A stretch of 64,000 bases of DNA, taken from Escherichia phage vB_EcoM-172859UKE1. Every line of letters begins with the position of its first letter. The first letter of the stretch is position 1. The stretch lies in the sequence record MZ234025.1. One strand, 5' to 3'. Under the pieces are notes generated by a model. The model did not search any database. It had not been told where the DNA came from and was given only the letters and a program-made list of their open reading frames with translations. Below are positions 45,450-52,851 of the stretch, in pieces. A program made the translations under genes and the position numbers.

Positions 45450-46127
45450 ATGAGCACTGATGTTATTATAGATTTTGAAACATTCGGCAATACATCAAAA
45501 GCGGCTGTTATTGACCTTGCGGTTATTGCATATAATTCCGACCCTGAAGTTGTTGAATCATTTGAAGAACTTGTTCAACGAGGTAAGCGAATTAAATTTA
45601 ATTTAGCTTCTCAGAAAGGGAAGCGAGTTTTCGCTAAATCCACTATGAAATGGTGGAAAGAACAATCGGCTGAAGCACGTAAAAACTTGGCTCCGTCTGA
45701 AGACGATGTCACTACGCTTGAAGGCATTAAAATCTTTTTAGACTATTGCCGAGCTAATAAAGTTGACCAATGGAAATCACAGATGTGGTGTCGTGGTATG
45801 AGCTTTGACTTCCCGATATTGGTCGATTTGATTCGTGACCTCTATCGTGATGAAGGTGTTCCTGAACCAGAGATTGATACTGATAAATTAGAACCGGTTA
45901 AATTCTGGGCTCAACGTGATATTCGTACGGCAATCGAAGCTTACTCGTTGACACGAGGATTAAGTATGTGTCCATTACCGATGGGTACGCTAAAAGGATT
46001 CGTTGCCCATGATAGTATTCATGATTGTGCTAAAGATATTTTGATGTTAAAATATGCTCAGCGTTATGCGCTTGGTCTTGAAGATGTCCCTGAGAATCCT
46101 GACCCGTTAAGTGTAAAACAGCGATAA
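45450..46127 (+). CDS. dexA: exonuclease A (DexA-like, DEDD-type)
   Basis: 225 aa; N-terminal VIIDFETFG exonuclease motif; follows dda as in T4. Confidence 0.7.
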   Translation: MSTDVIIDFETFGNTSKAAVIDLAVIAYNSDPEVVESFEELVQRGKRIKFNLASQKGKRVFAKSTMKWWKEQSAEARKNLAPSEDDVTTLEGIKIFLDYCRANKVDQWKSQMWCRGMSFDFPILVDLIRDLYRDEGVPEPEIDTDKLEPVKFWAQRDIRTAIEAYSLTRGLSMCPLPMGTLKGFVAHDSIHDCAKDILMLKYAQRYALGLEDVPENPDPLSVKQR

Positions 46128-46132
46128 AATCA

Positions 46133-46162
46133 GTTTACAACCAAGGACGGTTGGAGTATAAT
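46133..46162 (+). promoter_or_regulatory. early promoter (PeSL-like) GTTTAC, hairpin CAACC-aaggac-GGTTG, TATAAT
   Basis: GTTTAC 46133-46138, TATAAT 46157-46162. Confidence 0.6.
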
Positions 46163-46192
46163 CTTTCTATCTTAACCAAACGGGAAACAATT

Positions 46193-46687
46193 ATGAATAT
46201 CAATACTACGTCTACTTACATCCTGAAAGACGAAAAACAAATCAACTGGTACGGTGCTTCAGTGCGAGCTTATGAAAAGTTTTGTGAAATTTTAGGTGCC
46301 ACTCAAGGTAATAGTTTCACTATTGTTAACTTCATTAAACAAGTTGAAGGCCCTTGGTTATTCTTAGAAATTAAAAATTCATACGGTACAATTTCTACTA
46401 CTGCCATCCCAAGCACCGACTTTGAACTGTTGATTGAAGAAGCACCTGTTAAAGATGGTCTCCACTTTGATATGGATATCGTTTGTATGTACGGTACTCT
46501 GATTAAGCCTATTGAGCCTACTGATTTATTGTGTAAATATGTTTCAATTCGACGCCCATTCGATGGTCCAGTAAATGGATGGGTAACTGATCAGTGGATT
46601 GAAGATGGGGTTGAACTTCTGAACGTTGTTCATGCCGGTGATTTTAGTGTGGTTCCACGTAGTGCAGTAGTTAATATTCTAAATTAA
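46193..46687 (+). CDS. hypothetical protein, member of tandem paralog family (C-terminal DQWIEDG...GDF motif)
   Basis: 164-aa ORF from ATG at 46193 (track start is TTG inside promoter). Confidence 0.5.
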   Translation: MNINTTSTYILKDEKQINWYGASVRAYEKFCEILGATQGNSFTIVNFIKQVEGPWLFLEIKNSYGTISTTAIPSTDFELLIEEAPVKDGLHFDMDIVCMYGTLIKPIEPTDLLCKYVSIRRPFDGPVNGWVTDQWIEDGVELLNVVHAGDFSVVPRSAVVNILN

Positions 46688-46690
46688 TGT

Positions 46691-46719
46691 TGTACATCCA
46701 AGGATGGATGGAGTATAAT
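46691..46719 (+). promoter_or_regulatory. early promoter (PeSL-like) TGTACA, hairpin CATCC-aaggat-GGATG, TATAAT
   Basis: TGTACA 46691-46696, TATAAT 46714-46719. Confidence 0.6.
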
Positions 46720-46748
46720 GAATTCAATTTAACAAAGAGAGAAAAATT

Positions 46749-47204
46749 ATGATTACTATTGGTGAAATTAAGCGTGTATCAACTGCATCCCGGTCTAAAG
46801 CCGCAGGTCGTCTGGTTGAAGTGGTAGGACTTCGCACAAATGGCATGGGACGCATTAAAGAAGTTAAAGTTCGAATCATTCCTAGTTTTGGACGTCAGGA
46901 TACTCAGCACGCTTACGTAAGTCCTAAATTCTTGGAAACTCCTGTGAGCGCTCATTTTGCTTCTACTGAACCTAATGCACAGTTCAAATGGGCCTTGTGT
47001 AAAGGTGTTGAATTCCAGACTGATAAAGAATTTGACTTCATCGATGAATACGGTTATCCAAGCAAAACTGATACTATGTGCGGCTTCATTAGTGACCAAT
47101 GGGTTGAAGATGGTGAAAAGTTATACAATATCGTATTCTTAGGTGACTTCCGAGTTGTTAAAGAATCTGAAATCACTCGTTATGTGTCTCCTCGTAAAGC
47201 TTAA
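46749..47204 (+). CDS. hypothetical protein, tandem paralog family member
   Basis: 151 aa; shares STASRSKAAGRLVEV and C-terminal ISDQWVEDGEKLYNIVFLGDF with the next ORF. Confidence 0.5.
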   Translation: MITIGEIKRVSTASRSKAAGRLVEVVGLRTNGMGRIKEVKVRIIPSFGRQDTQHAYVSPKFLETPVSAHFASTEPNAQFKWALCKGVEFQTDKEFDFIDEYGYPSKTDTMCGFISDQWVEDGEKLYNIVFLGDFRVVKESEITRYVSPRKA

Positions 47205-47213
47205 GGAATTATT

Positions 47214-47633
47214 ATGAATATTGTAAATCTCTCTACAGGTGATTACGTATATGTATCTGTTGCTTCTCGCTCTAAAGTTGCCGGGAAGTTGGTTGAAGTT
47301 CTTTCTGTGAGTGATCCGGTTTTTGGTCGTAACCAAGTTAAAGTTCGTGACGCCGATGGTAACATTGGTTACGTTAAAAGCCAATTTATTGAACCAGAAG
47401 AAAAAGCGTTCAAATGGAAACTGGGCAGATCAGTTTTAGTTGTAAAAGACTACGAGTTCACCATTGCCGCTGCGACAGATGGAACACCGTGGACAACGAA
47501 TCAAGTTGCTGGTTTTATTTCGGACCAATGGGTGGAAGATGGTGTTAAGCTTTATAACATTGTTTTCGCTGGGCAGTTCATGGTAGTTCCTGAGTTCCAA
47601 ATCAAAAAATATTGTCCAGCATCTTTTGCATAA
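47214..47633 (+). CDS. hypothetical protein, tandem paralog family member
   Basis: 139 aa; SVASRSKVAGKLVEV and ISDQWVEDGVKLYNIVFAGQF. Confidence 0.5.
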   Translation: MNIVNLSTGDYVYVSVASRSKVAGKLVEVLSVSDPVFGRNQVKVRDADGNIGYVKSQFIEPEEKAFKWKLGRSVLVVKDYEFTIAAATDGTPWTTNQVAGFISDQWVEDGVKLYNIVFAGQFMVVPEFQIKKYCPASFA

Positions 47634-47637
47634 AGTT

Positions 47638-47666
47638 GTTTACTTCTCCTCCGGTTTTGATATTAT
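47638..47666 (+). promoter_or_regulatory. early promoter GTTTAC / TATTAT
   Basis: GTTTAC 47638-47643, 17-bp spacer, TATTAT 47661-47666. Confidence 0.55.
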
Positions 47667-47692
47667 AACCATATCAACCAGAGGAGAATAAT

Positions 47693-48217
47693 ATGTTAGT
47701 TTACCGCGTAGAACGTAGTTTTTGTACTCAACGTGAATCATTACCAGGAATTGCTATCGAAGATGGTAAAGCCGTCAGAATTTGGGAAACCTCTTGGAAT
47801 AAAGAACCTCGTTCGCCGTATGGTTGGTCGGGCACCGACAACTCTGAAGAAACATGGGAGTTCCTTGATAAGCATGGAATACTCTCAGGTAACTTCTACC
47901 ATCACGGCGACAACTATAATGTCCCTAATCGTCCTACAGTAAATGAAGACAAACTCCTTGAACAAAATATCTTAAGATACTATAGAATTGAGCACACATT
48001 TGAATTGAGTGAAGATTGGGCTCAAGGGTTCTATTTTGGATTTGAAAGTGTTGACGCGGTTTATGCATGGTTTGATGACCAGGTGGATGTTGAACTCTTG
48101 AAAGCTAAAGGATACTACATCGCGGTCTATGAAGCACCTGATTTCATCCTCGGAAGTTGTCAATTAATGTTTAGACGTTCATTGGCAGAACAAGTTGATT
48201 TTATTTTGCTAAAATGA
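47693..48217 (+). CDS. hypothetical protein
   Basis: 174-aa ORF after AGAGGAGAATAAT RBS. Confidence 0.5.
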   Translation: MLVYRVERSFCTQRESLPGIAIEDGKAVRIWETSWNKEPRSPYGWSGTDNSEETWEFLDKHGILSGNFYHHGDNYNVPNRPTVNEDKLLEQNILRYYRIEHTFELSEDWAQGFYFGFESVDAVYAWFDDQVDVELLKAKGYYIAVYEAPDFILGSCQLMFRRSLAEQVDFILLK

Positions 48218-48251
48218 TGTACAACAACTATGGTCTATGATACTATAGACC
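48218..48251 (+). promoter_or_regulatory. early promoter TGTACA / TACTAT within inverted repeat GGTCTAT/ATAGACC
   Basis: TGTACA 48218-48223, 17-bp spacer, TACTAT 48241-48246. Confidence 0.55.
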
Positions 48252-48274
48252 TATCAAAACAAGAGGAGAATATT

Positions 48275-48502
48275 ATGAAACGTCAAATCATTAAAAACGT
48301 AACTACTGATTCAAACATCGATGAGTTTGAAGATGTTCTGTTTAATCCTGATTTAGTTGTTGTACAGAAAAACTGGACCGAATTTTTATGCTACACTGAA
48401 GTGGTTTACGTTTATGAAAAACTCGGCGATGAAATGCCTATCTATGGTATCTTCCGTGAAATCACTGAAAACGGTACAACTTATTGGAAGGAAACTTACT
48501 AA
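48275..48502 (+). CDS. hypothetical protein
   Basis: 75-aa ORF from ATG after AAGAGGAGAATATT. Confidence 0.45.
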   Translation: MKRQIIKNVTTDSNIDEFEDVLFNPDLVVVQKNWTEFLCYTEVVYVYEKLGDEMPIYGIFREITENGTTYWKETY

Positions 48503-48915
48503 TGGCTAATAAATTCCGCGTTAACTCATGGTACCAATTTATAGATAAACGTGCCCAAGAAGAGTTTATTAAAGACCACACTGATAATGGGATTTATGCA
48601 CGACGTCTTGGCATGGAACCATTTAAAGTATTAGATGTTGACCATCTTGGTCGTCCTACTAAAATTGTGACATCTACTGGCACGGTTGGATACGCAACAG
48701 GCGGTGATATCCTTGATGAAAACTTTATCTGGCTCTCCACGAATGAAGCAGAGTTCTTTGACGAAGTTGAAAATCCATATCTAGCGTCCGAAGAGCAAGA
48801 TTCTGGTGAACTTGACGAATTGTCTGAATTTCCGGTGATGACGATTACTATCGAAAATAACGACCAGGCATGGTCTTTGTATCAAATGTTGAAAGCTCAC
48901 TTTAAGGAACAATAA
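48502..48915 (+). CDS. hypothetical acidic protein
   Basis: 137-aa ORF from TAATG-coupled ATG. Confidence 0.45.
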   Translation: MANKFRVNSWYQFIDKRAQEEFIKDHTDNGIYARRLGMEPFKVLDVDHLGRPTKIVTSTGTVGYATGGDILDENFIWLSTNEAEFFDEVENPYLASEEQDSGELDELSEFPVMTITIENNDQAWSLYQMLKAHFKEQ

Positions 48916-49094
48916 TGCCGTTATACGACTATAAATGTCAATCTGAAGATTGTGGTCATGAATATGAAAAAATTAAAAGGATTTCTGAACGAGAAAACGA
49001 TGTTTGCCCTGAATGTCATCGTCTGTCTACTCGTCGGGTTTCTGCTCCTAAACATGTGAACGGTGGTTTTTACGACTTACTTAAGAAGGGTTAA
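48915..49094 (+). CDS. zinc-ribbon protein (FmdB-like CxxC...CPxC)
   Basis: 59-aa ORF (below the ORF-track cutoff): [19 protein letters not shown]...DVCPECH. Confidence 0.4.
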   Translation: MPLYDYKCQSEDCGHEYEKIKRISERENDVCPECHRLSTRRVSAPKHVNGGFYDLLKKG

Positions 49095-49096
49095 TT

Positions 49097-49522
49097 ATGG
49101 CTTTTAAAGGTTTTGAAGTTGGTAAGAAATATCGTATTATCAAAGGACAGGAAGATAATTTCTTGAGAATTCTTAATACGACTGGTAAACGTCTTAATAC
49201 TAATCTGCATACTACTTTATTGTCCAAAGATTTTATTGTGGAAGAGATGATTGGTTACGGCGTTTCTGTGATTGCTGTAGAAGCCGTAGGCGATTATGGC
49301 CGAACTATTCATAGTATGCAAGGTGATATTCTGCTTTATGGTGCAGAATTTAAATTCTTTGAAGAAGTTCCGGAACCAGATACAGCTGTCGATTTCAAAA
49401 AAGGCTCTATAGAATTTGTTGATGGTTCGGTGATCGTATCAGGCGATGTGGTCATTACAGTTAAAAGTGAACAAGGGCGTTTGGCTGCAATTGATGCACT
49501 TCAGAAAATTAAATTTAAATAA
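49097..49522 (+). CDS. hypothetical protein
   Basis: 141-aa ORF ending at a terminator. Confidence 0.5.
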   Translation: MAFKGFEVGKKYRIIKGQEDNFLRILNTTGKRLNTNLHTTLLSKDFIVEEMIGYGVSVIAVEAVGDYGRTIHSMQGDILLYGAEFKFFEEVPEPDTAVDFKKGSIEFVDGSVIVSGDVVITVKSEQGRLAAIDALQKIKFK

Positions 49523-49540
49523 GGGCTTCGGCCCTTTTTG
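49521..49540 (+). terminator. rho-independent terminator
   Basis: GGGC-ttcg-GCCC hairpin followed by TTTTT. Confidence 0.7.
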
Positions 49541-49563
49541 CTTTAGATTTCGGATGATAGAAT
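49537..49563 (+). promoter_or_regulatory. MotA-dependent middle promoter (TGCTTTA + TAGAAT) for gene 39
   Basis: TGCTTTA 49539-49545, 12-bp spacer, TAGAAT 49558-49563; shares CGGATGATAGAAT with promoter at 14821. Confidence 0.6.
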
Positions 49564-49585
49564 ACCTTCATAACGAGGAGACAAC

Positions 49586-51403
49586 ATGATTAAAAATGAA
49601 ATTAAGGTATTGTCAGATGTAGAACATATTAAGAAACGCAGTGGCATGTATATTGGTTCTTCGGCCAAAGAAGCCCACGAGCGTTTTTTGTTTGGTAAAT
49701 ATCAACAAGTTGAATATGTTCCTGGTCTGGTTAAATTAATCGATGAGATTATTGACAACTCGGTTGATGAAGCTATTCGTACATCATTTAAGTTTGCAAA
49801 TAAAATTGATGTGCAAATTAAAAATAATCAAGTTTCGGTGGAAGATAACGGACGTGGTATTCCTCAAGGTTTAGTTACCGACCAAAATGGTGAACAGATT
49901 CCTGGGCCTGTAGCAGCCTGGACTATTCCAAAGGCTGGTGGTAACTTTGGCGATGACTCTGAACGCAAGACTGGTGGTATGAACGGCGTCGGGAGTAGTT
50001 TAACTAATATCTTCTCTACGTTGTTTACAGGCATCACGTCAGATGGCGAAAATGAAATCACTGTTAACTGTTCAAACGGAATGGAAAACAAATCATGGTC
50101 TTCTAAGAAATCTAAAGGTAAAGGCACTAAAGTAATCTTCACTCCTGATTTCACTTCATTTGAAGAGCATAATTTATCTCAAATTTATTTAGATATTACT
50201 TTAGACCGACTTCAAACATTGGCAGTCGTTTATCCTGACATCAAGTTCACATTTAATGGTAAAAAGGTTGATGGTAATTTTAAACGATTTGCTAAACAAT
50301 TTGGTGAAGATAACATCATTCAAGAAAATGATAAAGTCTCTATAGCATTCACAACATCACCAGATGGCTTCCGTCATTTAACTTATGTGAATAACATCCA
50401 TACTAAAAATGGTGGTCATCATGTTGAATGCGTAATGGATGATATCTGCGAACATCTTTTGCCAGGTATTAAAAAGAAATATAAGGGTATTGAAGTCACT
50501 AAAGCTCGTGTTAAAGAATGTCTCACAATGTTGATGTTTATTAGAGACATGAGCAATATGCGTTTTGATTCTCAGACTAAAGAACGTTTAACGTCAACGT
50601 ATGGTGATATTCGTAATCATATCCAATTAGATGCTAAGAAAATTGCTCAGGCACTTCTTAAAAACGAAGCCTTGATTATGCCTATTGTTGAAGCAGCATT
50701 AGCTCGTAAATTGGCGGCAGAAAAGGCTGCGGAAACTAAAGCAGCTAAAAAGGCAACTAAAGCTAAGGTTCATAAGCATATTAAAGCTAACCAATGTGGT
50801 AAAGACGCAGATACGACATTGTTCTTAACAGAAGGTGATTCGGCAATTGGTTATCTCATTGATGTTCGTGACCGTGAACTACACGGCGGATTCCCATTAC
50901 GTGGTAAGGTGATGAATAGCTGGGGTATGTCGTATGCTGATATGATGAAGAACAAAGAGCTCTTTGATATCTGTGCTATCACAGGTCTTATTCTTGGTGA
51001 AAAGGCAGAGAATACGAACTATCGTAATATTGCAATTATGACCGATGCCGATCATGATGGTCTTGGAAGTATTTATCCGGCTTTGCTTGCTTTCTTTAGT
51101 AATTGGCCCGAATTGTTCGAACAAGGACGTATTCGCTTTGTTAAAACGCCTGTAATTATTGCACAAATTGGCAAAACTCAAAAATGGTTTTATACTGTAG
51201 CTGAGTATGAAGAAGTTAAAGATACACTGCCTAAGCATAGTATTCGATACATCAAGGGATTGGGCTCCCTTGAAAAGTCAGAATATCGTGAAATGATTCA
51301 GAATCCTGTGTACGACGTAGTTAAACTTCCTGAAAATTGGAAAGAACTCTTTGAAATGTTGTTGGGTGATGATTCAGAACTTCGTAAAGAATGGATGTCC
51401 TAA
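49586..51403 (+). CDS. 39: DNA topoisomerase II large subunit (gp39 fused with gp60-equivalent C-terminus)
   Basis: 605 aa; GHKL ATPase motifs plus TOPRIM-like region in one uninterrupted ORF. Confidence 0.9.
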   Translation: MIKNEIKVLSDVEHIKKRSGMYIGSSAKEAHERFLFGKYQQVEYVPGLVKLIDEIIDNSVDEAIRTSFKFANKIDVQIKNNQVSVEDNGRGIPQGLVTDQNGEQIPGPVAAWTIPKAGGNFGDDSERKTGGMNGVGSSLTNIFSTLFTGITSDGENEITVNCSNGMENKSWSSKKSKGKGTKVIFTPDFTSFEEHNLSQIYLDITLDRLQTLAVVYPDIKFTFNGKKVDGNFKRFAKQFGEDNIIQENDKVSIAFTTSPDGFRHLTYVNNIHTKNGGHHVECVMDDICEHLLPGIKKKYKGIEVTKARVKECLTMLMFIRDMSNMRFDSQTKERLTSTYGDIRNHIQLDAKKIAQALLKNEALIMPIVEAALARKLAAEKAAETKAAKKATKAKVHKHIKANQCGKDADTTLFLTEGDSAIGYLIDVRDRELHGGFPLRGKVMNSWGMSYADMMKNKELFDICAITGLILGEKAENTNYRNIAIMTDADHDGLGSIYPALLAFFSNWPELFEQGRIRFVKTPVIIAQIGKTQKWFYTVAEYEEVKDTLPKHSIRYIKGLGSLEKSEYREMIQNPVYDVVKLPENWKELFEMLLGDDSELRKEWMS

Positions 51404-51426
51404 GCTCCTTCGGGAGCTTCATTTTA
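51403..51426 (+). terminator. rho-independent terminator
   Basis: AGCTCC-ttcg-GGAGCT hairpin followed by T-rich run. Confidence 0.6.
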
Positions 51427-51445
51427 ATTTTAATAAGGCTTAATT

Positions 51446-52546
51446 ATGAAAGTTATGTTTATCCCATCTCGTGCAGCCCCATTTAATCCTGACCGTGTAC
51501 AAGGTGGCCTTGAAGCAGTACATTTAAATGTGTTGAAATATCTTGTGTCCATCGGTGCTGATATTGATTATATCGGCTTTGATAATGACACGTTTGGTGA
51601 CTGGAAAGTTACACACCATCCTGTTGGTCATCTGGCTAAATTCAGTCTAGGTATGAGTTATACTATGGCTCGTAAGATTGTTGAACTAGCCAGCATTAAT
51701 GAATACGATTTCGTTGTTACAATGGAACCGACCAAACTAACGGTCCAAGCAATTAAAGATGCTGGACTCTCTAAAGTTCATAAGAATTTTATGGCTACAC
51801 CGTTTGAACCAGTGTCTCGTGGTATTGTTCAAATTTGGGATCAGACTATCCAGATTCACAAGAACGGTGGGAAGAGCTATGCTCCTACTAAAGCATTCCG
51901 TGAATTTGAACGTAAATATTGTCATATGACTTCAGCTCTTACTGACAAAATTGATTATGACTACTGGCGTGAAAATCCATTATTTGAACCTGATGACTAC
52001 CCGGTTATTTGTTTGAATGAAAAACCTGAAGTTCTTCCGGCAACTGAGTTGATTATTAGTGCTCAACGTTATGACACTAAGATGCGTCGCACTGATGTTG
52101 CTCTTGAAGCAATTAAAGCACTAGGCGAAAATGGTATTGGTTATTGTCCAAGCAAATGGGCACCACCAGCTAAATATCCTGTTATTATTGATGCTCCACA
52201 CAGTGAAATCATGGAACGTCTTAAAACAGCTAAAGCACTTATTAATACATGCCCTGACACAGGTACGGTAGAGAATAGTTCTATTGAAGCTATCTCTAAA
52301 GGTGTCCCTGTAATCCAGTTAGTTTTTAAGGATTATCCTCATGCGACATTCGAATACGATCCAGATACTGTGCGTGTAGAAATTGATTCCTCTACTCCTA
52401 AGAAAGAAGTAGTTGCGCTTTACACAAAAGCTGTATTAGAATTCACTGACACATACGAAGCTCGAGTTAAACGTGCTGAAGCAGTATGGAAGAAGTATAA
52501 CCGAGATGCAGTTGTTGCGATGTGGGATAAAATCTTCACAGCGTAA
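51446..52546 (+). CDS. putative GT-B-fold glycosyltransferase
   Basis: 366 aa; MKVMFIPS start and C-terminal TGTVENSSIEAISKGVPVIQ resembling GT4-type motif; weak inference. Confidence 0.5.
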   Translation: MKVMFIPSRAAPFNPDRVQGGLEAVHLNVLKYLVSIGADIDYIGFDNDTFGDWKVTHHPVGHLAKFSLGMSYTMARKIVELASINEYDFVVTMEPTKLTVQAIKDAGLSKVHKNFMATPFEPVSRGIVQIWDQTIQIHKNGGKSYAPTKAFREFERKYCHMTSALTDKIDYDYWRENPLFEPDDYPVICLNEKPEVLPATELIISAQRYDTKMRRTDVALEAIKALGENGIGYCPSKWAPPAKYPVIIDAPHSEIMERLKTAKALINTCPDTGTVENSSIEAISKGVPVIQLVFKDYPHATFEYDPDTVRVEIDSSTPKKEVVALYTKAVLEFTDTYEARVKRAEAVWKKYNRDAVVAMWDKIFTA

Positions 52547-52638
52547 ATCCTGAATAGCCTGAGGCACTATTACACATAAGATGATAAATTATATGGTCTT
52601 TAGTAATAGTGCCCTAGGAATCTACTGAAGAGAATATT

Positions 52639-52839
52639 ATGAGAACATATAACGTGGACTTGGAACTTTTTGATAAAGCAGTGCTCCGGGAATTCCGGCT
52701 TATCCAAAGATTTTTTGATATCGAGTCAGCAGAGTCCTTTAAAGAACGCTTTAAAGAAATTAGATATAAAATACAAACCGATACAGCTACTAAAGAAGAA
52801 CTTCTTGAAGTAGCAGAAATTTTTAAACGTAACTTGTGA
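52639..52839 (+). CDS. hypothetical protein (rIIA.1 position)
   Basis: 66-aa ORF immediately upstream of rIIA. Confidence 0.45.
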   Translation: MRTYNVDLELFDKAVLREFRLIQRFFDIESAESFKERFKEIRYKIQTDTATKEELLEVAEIFKRNL

Positions 52840-52851
52840 TGAGAGAAAAAT

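Noticed and set aside
49586-51403. Gene 60-type translational bypass (50-nt hop) in the topoisomerase gene
   Set aside because: The ORF is continuous with no in-frame stop or gap; the bypass element is not present.
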